This document shows positions 38,968 to 52,001 of a stretch of DNA of 64,000 nucleotides, in pieces. Every line of letters starts with the position of its first letter. Position 1 is the stretch's first letter. Where the stretch lies: the NCBI RefSeq assembly GCF_006345805.1, contig NC_043007.1, forward strand, positions 47,430,001 to 47,494,000, written 5' to 3'. The translations under genes were made by a program, and so were the position numbers. Under the pieces are notes generated by a model. The model did no database searches and was not told the DNA's origin. It was given only the letters and a program-made list of their open reading frames with translations. The stretch is from Octopus sinensis (lineage: Eukaryota).

Positions 38968-39343
38968 ACATATGTATATAGAGATATGCATATACATAGA
39001 TATGTACATGTATATATATGCATACGGATACAGACACAAATATATGTATATATATATGTATATATATATGCTTGCATGTGTATATAGTGAGAGACAGAGA
39101 ATGAGGGAGAGATACGGAGACAGAAAGAAAGGCAATGAATTATGTATTTAACTCTACAGAGTATGGTCTCGCGTGTATTATCAACAATAAAGTAATAAAT
39201 AATTAGAAATTATGTTTATTTCTTTTACATATGTCAACCTCCTTGCAAGAAAATAATTTAATATGAAGATAAATGTTGGTCAAAAATGGAGAATCGACTA
39301 TGAGCGAGACAACTTACTCTATAAATATCATCCCTTTCTCCCT

Positions 39344-39413
<70 letters not shown>

Positions 39414-40025
39414 ACATATATCTATCTATCTGTATGTATATATATATATATGCTGTCAGACTTCACGACTATGAATCTTCGTGGTTTTGTCATAACTTAA
39501 TAAGCTTTCTACTTCCTGGTCAGTTTTTCGATTGGGTTTGCCATGTATTATGATCAATTCCTTTCCAGTTCATGTTCCTTTATTCAGTATCTTTGAATCT
39601 CAGTTTAGTTCTTCCCTGGTTTCTTTTTCCCTTGTATAGTTGGGAGTAAGAAATCTGTCTGGAGAGTTTTTTATAGTCTATCCTTCTCCGTGGTTTGTAT
39701 TTGTAACTGTGTAATATTTTCTCGGATTTTTTATTTATTTATTCTTTTGTCTTTGTTGCTATACACATTCACTTACTTTCTCCCAAGATATTTAATACTC
39801 TTGGCGTAGGTTTCTGGCGTCAGACAGATTTGAAGAGTCTTAAGTGTAACCGTCCGAAAATGTAAGGATAATTTGGCAACTTCACTGATGAGAGGAAGCT
39901 GCGAATGAGCCCGTCCTTGTTTTTTCCTCTCCGTCTTTTTATTGATTTTCTTGCCTGTCTTTGTATCATATGTCTGTCCAGGTGATTTGTTGTCTATTGC
40001 GTACCTGTTCCATTTTGGGGATTTA

Positions 40026-41317
40026 TTAGGTCATCCCATAAGTTCTGTCCGATTTGACCTTTCTTTTAAATTGAATGAAATTTAATAGTATTTTAGAATG
40101 TCTAATGGAATTAAAAATTATTTTTATGCACTTGTGTACATTTAAACTAATCAAATATTACTTTACAGAATAATAGAATTAAAATTTCTTTAGTTAAAAC
40201 CCTTTCTAACATGGAAGTATCCAAAGAGCATTTAAGGCACATAATGTTTTAAGAGTAACAAAAGGAAACTCTGCAGCCGAAGTGACTCGAAAAATGCGCT
40301 CAGTTTATGGGAAAGAATGCTTGAATGAAAGAACTTGCAGAAGATGTTTTGCAAAATTCAGAAGTGGAGATTTCAGCCTTGAAGTTGAAGATCGAACAGG
40401 AGATCCAGCTGAGTTTGATAATAAGCTCCTTGAGGCATTACTTGAAGAAAATCTTGGACTATCAATTAAAGAATTAGCAATAAGGCTTAGTTCAAACCAT
40501 ACAACTGTTCATCGTCATCTTCAACAACTTGGAAAGCTTCCTTAACTTGAAAAATGGGTGACTCATGAATTGTCCGAAAGCAACCACAAATCACGAGTTA
40601 ACATCTGCTCTTCTCTCCATTCTAGCGAACTCATTTCACCCTTTTTGGATAGACTTGTGACTGGTAATGAAAAATGGATATTCTATCGAAATGTTAAACG
40701 TCGTAAACAGTGGCTTGGTAAAAGGGAAAAAGCTCAACCACAACCGAGAAGGGAACTTCATGGGAAAAAGGTTCTTCTCTCTATCTGGTGGGTTGCAGAG
40801 GAGTAATTCCCTTTGAATTGTTAACACCTAATGCAGTAATCAATGCTCAAGTCTACTGTCAGCAATTAGAGCGTTCGCCCCAAGCTTTGAAGAAAAAAAG
40901 ATCCACTTTAGTGAATCGAAAAGGAGTGATGTTACACCAGGGCAATGCGCGACCCCACACTGCAAAGATCACATCACAGAAGATCGAAGAGCTTGGTTGG
41001 GAAAAAATTCCTCATCCACATTATTCTCCCGACCTTGTTCCTTCAGACTACGATTTGTTTCGTAGTTTACAGAATCATTTGGGGTACATAACTTTCGCAA
41101 GCCAGGAGGAGGTCGAAACTGACATTTCAGAGTCCTGTGCTTTGAAACCAAAAGAGTTTTACATTGATTGGTTTTAAAAGCTTGTAAATAGATGGAAGGA
41201 AGTCATAGATAATCGGGGAAAGTAAAATGATGATTAAGTTTCAATTACATATAACATAACATTTGATCACTTGCTTTCTTTATTCAAAATTCGGACAGAA
41301 CTTATAGGATGACCTGA
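40026..41317 (+). mobile_element. Full-length (1292 bp) decayed mariner transposon, Hsmar1/Mos1-like
   Basis: TA duplication both sides; TIRs ttaggtcatcccataagttctgtccga and tcggacagaacttataggatgacctga; MEVSKEHLRH at 40211, WVTHEL, VTGNEKW, LHQGNARPH, HPHYSPDLVPSDY; stops and frameshifts present. Confidence 0.95.
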
Positions 41318-42121
41318 TACATATAATTATATATACACACATAGAAGCACATATATATTATCGCAAAAATGAATGTGCATATGTATATGAATGATAAACA
41401 ATATGCACATTTGCAAACCACTGCTTAATAATGATAAATGTTCGGGTAAACGGCAGGAGGAATAACATTTGGGCGTGAGTGAACGGTGGGAGTAATGATT
41501 TTTTAAGATTGCAAAGGAAATAACCCATTCCCTCCTGGAAATAACCACCAAGGGAAATAACCCATTCATCTTCAGTATGCTTATTTCTTAGTATTTGAAC
41601 TATTTTAGTTATTTTCTCAATTTATTCAGTACAAGGCTTAGACAAGTAAACACTAGCGCTGCTGAGGGTAATATTCTCTGGGAACGCACAAAAGCTTTTT
41701 TTTTCACAGTTAATTACTTTGAATTGTATATCTCATATCTGATTAGCCTGTTATTACGTAACATGTTTCACGATTTTAGTATACATACCTTATTAGTATT
41801 TCCTCCTATGTTCTATATACTCTGGGAATGTATTAAAGCCCTTTTCGAGGCAATTTTATTTGAATTCTTACTATAGGGTAATTAATTTCATGTTATTACA
41901 TAAATGACTTCGCAATTTGAGTATTCATTACTTACTAGGAATTCCTAAAAACAAGATCCTTTGTAAGACAGTTCGGTATTCTCAATAAATACACAAAAAC
42001 TGCTTTAAGGGCTACATACTTTGTATTGTTGTTACTGGATTAGTGAAACAATTATGAGAATGGAACCAAGGGATAAGCCCGCTTTCCCGGGTATTACCGG
42101 GTATGTCAGCTACTATATGTG

Positions 42122-42223
<102 letters not shown>

Positions 42224-42269
42224 AGTGTGAGTGAGAGAGTGTGTGTGTGTGTGTATGTTTGTGCGTGCT

Positions 42270-42545
42270 TATTATAGCCTCAGGCCAACCATAACCTTGT
42301 GAGTGGATTTCGTACTCAGAAACTGGAAGAGACTCGTATATATGTGCATATTTGTGTATGCGTGTGCGTGTGTCTTGTGCTTGTACCCCCACCATTGCTT
42401 GACAACTGATGCTGCTGTGTTTAGATTCCCGTAACTTAGCGGTTTGGTAAAAGACACTGACAGAAGGAGTACTAGGCTTACAAAGGATACATCCTGTGGT
42501 TGATTTCTTCGACCAACGACGGTGCCAAAACAAGTAAAACATTAA
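42270..42545 (+). mobile_element. SINE family A, 5'-truncated
   Basis: atagcctcaggccaaccataaccttgtgagtggattt ... cccgtaacttagcggtttgg. Confidence 0.75.
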
Positions 42546-43229
42546 AAAAATATGCGATTTTAATCCCAAGCAAGGCCGGGTATCTCTGCTAATTATTTAT
42601 ATATGTATATGTGTATTTACCTAACCGGACAGATGACCGATGGTTATTTAGCGAATGCGCATTTCACTGGTGGTCGTTTCACCATCGGATAGTTACATTT
42701 CTCTCAATGGCCAAATTGATTCTTGTATTTAATTTTTCCATCAGTTATCTACAGTCGTTTTTAAATACGTCTTGTTCTAAATATGTATGGAAAGGTGATA
42801 CATGTATATATTTTTAACAACTAATAAAATATTGAATAACGCTTTCAATATTATTTTATATATCTCATATTTTAAACCTAATGCAACTAATGAAAACAAA
42901 TCAAAGCATGAAGGGAAATAACTATTTTTGATAATAGTACCCTAACGCTAGGTTCACTTGTTTGAATGTGTAGTTACGACTTGTAACATGACAATACGAA
43001 AGTCTGGTTTGGGTGTAAACAACGATAAATAAAGTGTACTTTGTATCGGTTGGCAATGTGAAATATATAAAAGTTTACACTAGGAAATTACTTCTGAAAT
43101 AATTACAATATCAATGGGAGTATGCAGAAAAGCGAAAATCGAAACAATATTGCAACTAATTATTCTTAAAACGTACCGGCAGATTCTAACGATACTTGAC
43201 CGATATTGTATTTCGTTAACGGCGAACAT

Positions 43230-43465
43230 ATCCCCCTTTAGATGATGTGAATTGGCGGAATAGTTAGCATGCCGGACAAAATACTCATCATTAGCTACCT
43301 CTTTATATTTTGAGTTCAAATTCCGCCAAGATCCTTTTTTCTTTTGCTTTGTCTTTTATCTTTCAGGGTCAATAAAATAAGTACTAGTCGAGAATTGGGG
43401 TCGGTGTAAGCAACTTAAACTCTCCTCCGAGCTAGCTTGTCTTGTATTAAAGTTTGAAACCATTA
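43230..43465 (+). mobile_element. SINE family B
   Basis: ttggcggaatagttagcatgccggacaaaat...gagttcaaattccgcc...aaagtttgaaacc. Confidence 0.7.
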
Positions 43466-44029
43466 TTCAATGTTTATTGGATTCTATTTATGGTGCGTAT
43501 ATCATCTAAATGAATGTGAAATATCTTTAGTTATGTGTACTTTCATTGAACATTTCACCTTTGGATGGAAGTGTAAATACGAAAATTGTACAAAATATAG
43601 AGAAACAACTTGATAAATTATTGGTTTCTAAGCTCTATTGACTTTTCGCGCGTCTGGTATTTTTTACTTTGTCTTTTTTCTAGTTTCATTATATGAAATA
43701 TTGCTACTGATTTTAATTACTCTTCTATTTTATTATTCAATTCTTTTTTTTTGCCTTTAGTGTTTATAATATTGCTGCTAAATTTAATGACTCGTGTACA
43801 AAGCTTTGAATAACCATTTGACTTTTTGAAGTTAAAAGTAATTTTACAAAATTAAATTTCTATGTGCCATATACATCTCTGTCAAATTTTATTGGTCACA
43901 ACAATATTTTCCCGAGATATATAGATGCCGTTCTGTTAAAATGTCAGATCTTGGTCTCATTCTATTGAGACGAATATATGTTGAGAGGATTATTTAGAAA
44001 TGTGGCTCTGGTGTCCATAGCAACATTTT

Positions 44030-44270
44030 AAACATACCATGAGCTTAATCTAGAAGCCTGGAGTTTTGTTCCCATCCAAAACCGCTTGACAACTATTTTT
44101 AGTTTGTTTGCGTCCCCGTAAAGAAGTAGTTCGGCAAAAATATGTAAGATTACATAAGTACAAGCCTTTAAAAAGTAAGTACTATGGACGATTCGTTCGA
44201 CTAAACCCCTCCAAGGCGGTACTCCAGCAAGGCCGCAATTCAATGACTGACACAAGCAAAAGGGAAAATA
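44030..44270 (-). mobile_element. Diverged SINE family A-related copy
   Basis: ccgcttgacaac...gtccccgtaaag...ccaaggcggtactccagcaaggccgcaattcaatgactgacacaag (the last motif reads on plus, so the locus may be composite). Confidence 0.45.
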
Positions 44271-44832
44271 TATGGTTGTACTATACACGAGCAAAATGAA
44301 AGTAGTGAGTAATTAAGTATTTATATCAGTATAGTAGTTTCACTTTCATAAACTTTGAACTGTTGCCGTTCGTGTATTGTATTTTTAAAATGAAAAGTAC
44401 TATTACAAATACAAACGAAATATATGTATATTCTTATATGTATATTCACTTACATATCTGACATGTAAATATTGAGCGAAATCGGAAGATTATCCATGCT
44501 TATTTTACGTCCTCTTCCTCGCACTCTTTTTCTTAATTCTTTCACACTGTCTTTTTCTGTCATTGTTTTTTTCATATACCTCATTTCCTTCTCTCTGTCA
44601 CACAACGTTGCCGACCTTTTGAGATAAATGAGGAAAAGGTGACATGTATGTAAGATCGAACAAAACAACCTAGATACAAATAAGGCTTTCTCGGCTTTCA
44701 TTGATGATCAATCATTGTTAATGAGTTACAAGATTGTTCTTACATTACACAGAGTTACATATGTATGCGTGTATAGGCGTGAGCGTTGTGGGTAATATGC
44801 GGACAGATGTAGATATGTCATTAGCCGCGTAC

Positions 44833-44873
<41 letters not shown>

Positions 44874-44952
44874 TGTGTGTGTGGTAAGAAAAGGGAGGAA
44901 GAGAATTTTTGGTTATCACAACGTGGTGAGTTGTAATGCAAAAATATATAAG

Positions 44953-45716
44953 TAAAATAAAAGAAGGAAAATGCACACTGTTTACATAGTCTTAGTATAT
45001 TTTAAATGAGAGAATATTGTGGTTGTCGACCGGTTTCGCTTTCACTAATCATGACACTGAAATTATAGTAATTTCGTATTTTCTTTAGATTTTAGTCCAT
45101 ATTCTTTTATGAATGTTTGTGAATGAATCATGTAGATCTAAGGGGAGATAATAGATGATAGTTATTACTCGGAACAGAGGGGGTAATTGCTCATTTTAGG
45201 GGTGGGATAAATAAATACATAAAAACTCATAAGCTAAATTAGTGAGATGAGATATGCACAGCGAAGGATATCTGATTATGAATTAAAATATATACTGAGA
45301 CCAAAGTTGGTTATGTGTTCATATTTAGACGTGTTCTGTATTTTTCAATAAATCATTCTTTCTTTATTAAAATATTCTTATACTGGAATTGCTTCTTTGG
45401 ACTGGTAGATGGAAAAACTGAAATTTGGCTGGAGATTCTCTGTGTTTATTTATACCACACTAAAAATGAGCAATTACCTCCCCTGTCCCGAGTAATAACT
45501 ATCATCAATTATCTCCCCTGAGATCTACTTGTTGATTCATTCACAAACTTTCATACAAGAACATGGACTGAAATCTTGTAAAGAAAATACGAAATTACAA
45601 TAATTTCAGTGTCATAATTCGCGAAAGCGAAACCGGTCGACAACCACAATACTCTTTCATAAAAAAATATATCAAAACTATGTAAACTGTGTGCACTTTC
45701 CTTCTTTTATTTTACA
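44953..45716. mobile_element. Inverted-repeat element (arms ~260 bp, spacer ~235 bp), each arm carrying a minimal hammerhead
   Basis: 44953-45215 is inverted at 45450-45716; HHRs at 45024-45056 (-) and 45610-45642 (+). Confidence 0.82.
45024..45056 (-). ncRNA. 33-nt minimal type I hammerhead, A3-U8 core variant
   Basis: Minus strand: tgtc-ATGATTA-gt GAAA gc-GAAAC-CG-GTC-gaca; stem III ACCGGT palindrome; sister arm tgtc-ATAATTC-gc GAAA gc-GAAAC-CG-GTC-gaca. Confidence 0.65.
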
Positions 45717-48109
45717 TGTGTGTGTGTATGTGTGTGTCTGTGGAGAGATACAGACAGACTGACAGACAGACAGGTAGATAGATACATACATACATGCATA
45801 CATGATATGAATGTAATCTATTTACAGATTTAAACACTCTGTGTTTGTATGTTTGACCTACCTTCTCTGTCTCCCTACCTGTCTATCTGTCTATCAATCT
45901 ATATGTCTACTAATCTTTCACACACACACTCTCACTCTCTTTCGCTCTTTGTTTCTCTTTATCACACTTTTAACTTCCTACTTCATAACGAAACGGTGCC
46001 TATATGTTTTCTCTATTTCTCTGTCGGACTTTTATTCATTCCTTATCTTCTCCTCTTCCTTCATCGCTATAGCTGTCCACTATGGACCTCTTTGATTCGT
46101 TTCAGAGGAAACAAAGACAAAGAACTACTACAAATTTATGTAAAGATTACATTTTCTGCATTTGATACCTAATCTATGCATTGCAACCCTACTATTATTT
46201 TGCTTACACAAAACACATGGGATCATAAAGCCTTAAGTGCCAATAAATTGCTCTTGTTTAATTAATTGATCACTTGTTTTATTTAAAACATCGATCCTCA
46301 GATGTTGTTTTGAACATCAAACATTAAGAATACGTTTGTTTTCTCCTAAAGTAAAAACTAATTAGATTTAGGGGATTTACAACTGCAACCTAGTCTTTTA
46401 ATGTGTGCTCTAACGAATATAAAACGTCATTATGTTTGTATATGAACACATTCCCTTTACGTTTGAAGTGAATAAATATTTTGTTTTGTAATTGTAATTA
46501 CATTTTGATTCTTAATAAACTGAATAACATTATCAATTATCCGGAAGTGAAAACGTACAATTAATTAATGCTTTCATTACTGAAAGCAGATTATTATTAT
46601 TACACTGAGGAACAATTTTGAACATAATTTCTGTTGAGTTAAACTTTTCACTTGATTTAGACTAAAATTGGCATGCTGATTTCAAAACCACAGTCAGTTT
46701 ACTTCTATCACATCAAGTTTTTTTTTGTTCTGTTTTGTTTTTTCAGCTTACTTTCTGAATGAGCTCAATTGTATTGTTGGTCATCTGATTGTTTTTATTA
46801 TTTTATTGATGGGGTGTGAGAATATATTTTTCAGATATGGTGATTTTAGGTTGAGTTTTGAAAAGAATAGCAGCCTACAGTCAGTTTCAAATTACCCGCC
46901 AAAGGATATATCACAATTATTGACCAGTCAGGTGCCTCAGCTGGTTTTCAATCCACAAGAGCGGAAGCTGACTTGGTTGTAAGATACATGAAATTGCATG
47001 AATGTAGCTGAGATATGGGGGTGACAAGCACTGTAGTAGAGAGGATTCAAAATTAGGAGGCCAGTGAACAGATTTGTGTGGTGGAGGAGAGATGGCAAGG
47101 CCTTGAAGAGAGTGAAATGTAGGTTTGAAGTGTGGAGGGATTCTGTCTCAGGGTGTGAGGCTGAAGTTTCTACTCTGTTCTATTTTCTTATGAAGTATTT
47201 GTTTGAATGTATATGTATACATATCATACACATTTATGTGGAATACACATATTTAATTGCGATAGTAGTTACAGGCCACTGTGGCTGCACTATCAAGGTA
47301 ATTATTGTTGTATTCTACGAATAATACATAAAAGTCTGTATGCAGGGGATTAGAGGACCTATGTAAGCTTTTTTCTACGTCTCAGATTGTTCAACTTAGT
47401 TTTTATTCCCATACTTATTTCCTTTCTTTCTTGTCATACCTCCTCCTCCTACTTCTCATCGCAAGTACCTAAACATCCTTGATTCCTTTTGCTATATTTC
47501 TGGCTGTTTCACCATTCCCACGAAAAGGGAACACATCGGCACATATGTTAAGCCAAGCTATTTTGCATATTTTAAGTTGATAATCAAGACAAGTCTTGAG
47601 CTCCTCTTGTCTCAAGAAAATCATTGTCTAGAGAGGCACTGGCCTCCAAGATCTAACCGCCAGCCTGGTGATCCGAACAGTGTACATGAGCCACTTTTTA
47701 ACATAGAGAAAATTTTATTCTCACCACTGCACGTGAGGAACGGTGTCAGGGTTAAATTATGATGTCTGACTATTGCTGGAGTAATAAGCTAAATTGTCCA
47801 GATTGAACACTCCGGGAAAAGCTATAAGCGTGAATTTTTGTCTTTTCTTCTATATAATTTGGCTCACAGTAACAATATTCTTTGTGTGAAAAAAATTAAT
47901 TTGTACAACCATTCTATAAAATACGCACAAATTTGTTAGGTGCTATACTTTTATGGCTTTTGAGAAAAGCGAGGCTATCCTGTAGCTTAAAGTACAGAAA
48001 AATGGGGTCATATTTTGGATTCAGAGGCTAAAGGTTAATCAAAAGTAAGTGTTAGATCTAACACAACGAAAACTGGGTTCCCCAGTGTTATCATTAACCA
48101 GTTAAAGAG

Positions 48110-48320
48110 GACGAACTGGCTGAATCGGAAGCACGCTGGACATTTCGTCAGTCTTTATGTCCTGAGTCCTGAGTCTTTAGGTCTTGAGTTCAAATCCCGC
48201 CAAGGTCGACTTTAGTTTCGAGATCGATAAAATAAATACCAGTCAAATACTGGAGTCGATGTAATAGACTTTTATCCTCCCCATAAAAAGTACTGACTCT
48301 GTGCCAAAGTTCGAAATGAT
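48110..48320 (+). mobile_element. SINE family B
   Basis: gaactggctgaatcgg...gagttcaaatcccgccaaggtcgacttt...ggagtcgatgtaatagact...gtgccaaagttcgaaa. Confidence 0.75.
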
Positions 48321-50056
48321 TATTACTAACCAGCTTCATTAAATGAATTTTAATTTTCTACCTTCATGAATTTTGCTGCAAAGATGGGATTTTGGAACGT
48401 CGGAACGTCTATCTCAATGTCTCAATGTCAACGTTTGGATATTATTTCACTTTTTAAAAGAATGGTGTGATTTTATATTATATTCAATACTAGAGCTATT
48501 TAGGCTAGATGAGCTGTAATAAACATTAGCCAGGAAGATTATAGCACTAGTTAAACCTTCACAGAAAGATATGATGAAATGATTTTTAAATACACGGAAA
48601 TTCGATTTAAAAAAAAAACATATGCAGATCTAAATTGAAAAATACAATGAAAGAGAATACACTCGCAAGCACAATGTGACTCGTGTGCACACATGCGCAC
48701 GCATACATTTTCTCGCAACACACATATACACACATGAACATACGCACACGTACACATGCAAACAGAAACACAGATATTTTGCCAAAGGACGCAATAAAAT
48801 TTTAGTGGACAACTGGAAGAAAAAGTATGCAACTCATTCCCGAATATTGTTAGCAATTATGTATCAGAGAAAAGTCTAGATAATAGGTGTAGGTGACTAC
48901 ATTAAGAGCATCCCCACCTTTTAAAAGAGCGACAACAAAAGAAGAATACATACTTCTGCATCTCTAAAAATACCAGTGGTTACTTCATTGGATGGAGAAG
49001 ATATTATGCGACAGAATGTCTGGTTTACCAAGCTAAGGAGAAATCAAGACGATCTGGGTTATCATTCACTTACCCATAGACTAGTGTTACGGTTTATAAA
49101 AGGCTACAATGCAAGCATCATGGAGAAGGGTGTTGTCGATGATGTTCATTTCTGACTCGTAATAATGGTAGAACAAGTGGTGAACGCAGAAGCTAGAAAT
49201 GAGATTTTATCCTGATGACGGACGTGTATAAACATCAAGCTCCTTGTGATCCCGATTACTACATGGCCATTTCGGAACTGTGCTCCGTCGGTATAGATAG
49301 AAAAGCAACGGGTCTGGCGGTGTACGGCAGAAAGCCCAGTGACTAGCTTTACGGACCATTTACTGGCTTTGTGTTGAGAAGAACTTGAAAAAGAAATTAG
49401 AGAATCGTAGAAACAGCGGTAACAACATCAGTAACATCAGCAGGACACAGAGAACCTATTTTTCACAGCACCAGCAGTTAAAAATTCAGGAAACAACGAA
49501 TAGACCACCGTTCTTAACCCCAATAGCAACGAAAAGAAGAATCCTTAGTTTGGCCTGTACAACCCAATCCTACTGCAGAACAGAAATACTATTTTCAAAG
49601 CAGCGTCAGTTAAATCTCAAGGAACAACAGAAAGTATCACTGTTTGTTATCCCAGAATCCGACGATAAGAGCAGCCTTCACTTCAACCAAAACCCTCTGT
49701 GCTACCCAATCATCTTGTGACAATGAAGAAAGGATGGACAATGAAATGTGATTGCATTGTATCGAAGGCAGTGGAAAGACTAAAACAAATAATTTATTCT
49801 ACACTAAACGATGATGAGGAGATGTATGCGGTGAAGTTTATCGCTTCGTGGAAAATTATGAAGTTTACAATCCTTTGAATATCAAACGACCAAGTGTTCT
49901 ACGACATAAACGACTTGCGAAAATATCTAGGAACAGTCCTCGCAAAGAGATTGCGCCCCGTTATGTCTAGTATGCAAGATATAGACTAATGGTAAACAAC
50001 AGGTTACTGGGTTATGAACAGATTTACATTATTTACCAATAGAACATTTGACTTAC

Positions 50057-50160
50057 CTCAAAAAATCCGACATTGGAGACGCACACGCGTATTTTCTGGG
50101 CAGACCAGACCAGCGTCAGTAATTGAGTGCGGGACGCATGGAAACGGAAGTGAAAAAATT
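50057..50160 (-). other. Candidate first exon/promoter of a minus-strand host gene
   Basis: Local CpG enrichment, ETS-like CGGAAGT at ~50145, ATG at 50073-50071 giving MSDFL, then consensus donor GAG|GTAAGT at 50057/50056; no downstream exon identified. Confidence 0.35.
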
Positions 50161-50569
50161 GCAGAATGACCCGATTACATCCAAACACAACCTCACAACG
50201 AATGTTCACGGGAGGCTTCAATTGTTCATTTATTTATATTTTCTTAATATTTGTATTGGTCTTTCTCTATATTTTTATTTATTTGTGTTTAAATTGTTAT
50301 CTATTTATATTAATGTGTATATACGTATCCAATCAATTATCATTTTGTGTAATTAAAAGAATATTTTTCTCGATCTTTTGACAACACTTATGGCTAATAA
50401 AGAAAGCATCTTCGTCATAGTCATCATTATTATCATCATCATCATCATCATGATAATCATCACTATCATCATTATCATCATTATCATCATCATTTTATTT
50501 TTTATTAGGGCGACAGATTGTCTGAATCGTTGAATTCGTCTGAGAAAATGATTTGAATTATATATTTCG

Positions 50570-50915
50570 ATTCTCTACGCTCTAAGTTCAAATCTCCCTA
50601 AGTTCGAACTTCCCCTTTCATCTTTCCAAAGCTTATAAAATAATGTACCAGTCAAAAAATGGGGTAGATTTAAATAACTAACATCCGCCTAACAAAAAAC
50701 CACGAGACATATGCTTATGTTGGAAGCAGTTATATCGGGCAGTGGATTGGCAGACTCGTTATCTTCCGGCTCTTTACGTTTGCAGCGCAAATCCCGCCGA
50801 GGTCTACTTTACTTTTCATCGTTTCAGGGTCAATAAAATAAAGTACGAGTGAAGTACTACAGTCAATGATACAGATTGCTACCCATCCCATCAAAATTTT
50901 GATCTTGTACCTAAA
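50570..50915 (+). mobile_element. Two adjacent SINE family B copies
   Basis: ctaagttcaaatctcc...tcatctttcc...gtaccagtcaa, and gcaaatcccgccgaggtctacttt...cttgtacctaaatcagaaatc. Confidence 0.65.
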
Positions 50916-51923
50916 TCAGAAATCATTAGATTTGTATTATTGTTGTTGATTTTGTTGTTGTTTTGTTGTATTTTCCAGTATTTGTTGAAGAGTAGAGTCA
51001 ATCTAGTACTAGTTTCCTACGTATTGTCTCGGCTATTGCTTCATTTTCACTCAAAATCTAAGTACCTCAAGTCAGTTAATCCGCCACTCTGCTGATAACA
51101 TCAGTTTTCTAATATCTTTTCATCATTAAACTGGCGTAAATAGATAACTCAGACAGTGTCTATTATTCAAGAAGTTAATTCTAATATATAAAACGGTTAC
51201 GTTACACATAACGACCCAATGAGGGTAACTTTACGTTGTCACTCGAATTTCTAGAAATAACAACCAAATCCCATCCGAATTATTCTTCTGCTCTCTAAGA
51301 GAGCATTGTCTAAAAATTCATGCGAAATACACTTGAAGTACTGCAGTCATACTGGCTACCGTTTGAAAGACGCGGTGGTCAAATTTGGATTATAAGTCTG
51401 ACATTGAGAGTGTTTTGATTGTTTTCTCACAAGAAACTGGCCTGAGGCTAAACAACAACATTAACTTTGGAGAGAAAGCAATGAATCAGTGAATGAAATA
51501 CACAGCGTAAATATCATCGTAAGAGCTTCAACATTTTTATCAGATTAATGACCTCTTCTCCCCCTCCCTTTCTTCTTTCTCCCTTTCTTCTCCTTCCCTT
51601 TCTGCCTCCTTCTCTTTCTGCCTCCTTCCCTTGTTTTCCCTTCATACAATAACAATAATTGTGCAGAGATTTGTCGTCAAAATTGTTTGTTAGACGGCAT
51701 CTAGCTTATATAAAATGGCGGTTGTTTATCAAACATCAATCAATAAGCACAAGATTTCCCATTGAGATTCAGACAATGCAAATACGTACGCTCACGCAAT
51801 AAATAAATACACACACACACAGAGAACACACATAAATACACACACACCACGCACATATGTATGCATGCATACATACATACACACGTATGTATGCACATAT
51901 GTATGATTATATATATATATATA

Positions 51924-52001
<78 letters not shown>

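Noticed and set aside
49070-49190. Candidate exon 2 of the 50-kb gene (acceptor at ~49190, donor at ~49070, minus)
   Set aside because: Stop codons occur in all three frames, so it cannot continue the MSDFL frame; it could only be non-coding.
49205-49245. CTGATGA at 49212 as a hammerhead
   Set aside because: It is followed by TAAAC rather than GAAAC, with no convincing stems.
49385-49720. 111-aa plus-strand ORF
   Set aside because: No recognisable domain; neighbouring frames look like a decayed repeat ORF and a product cannot be assigned.
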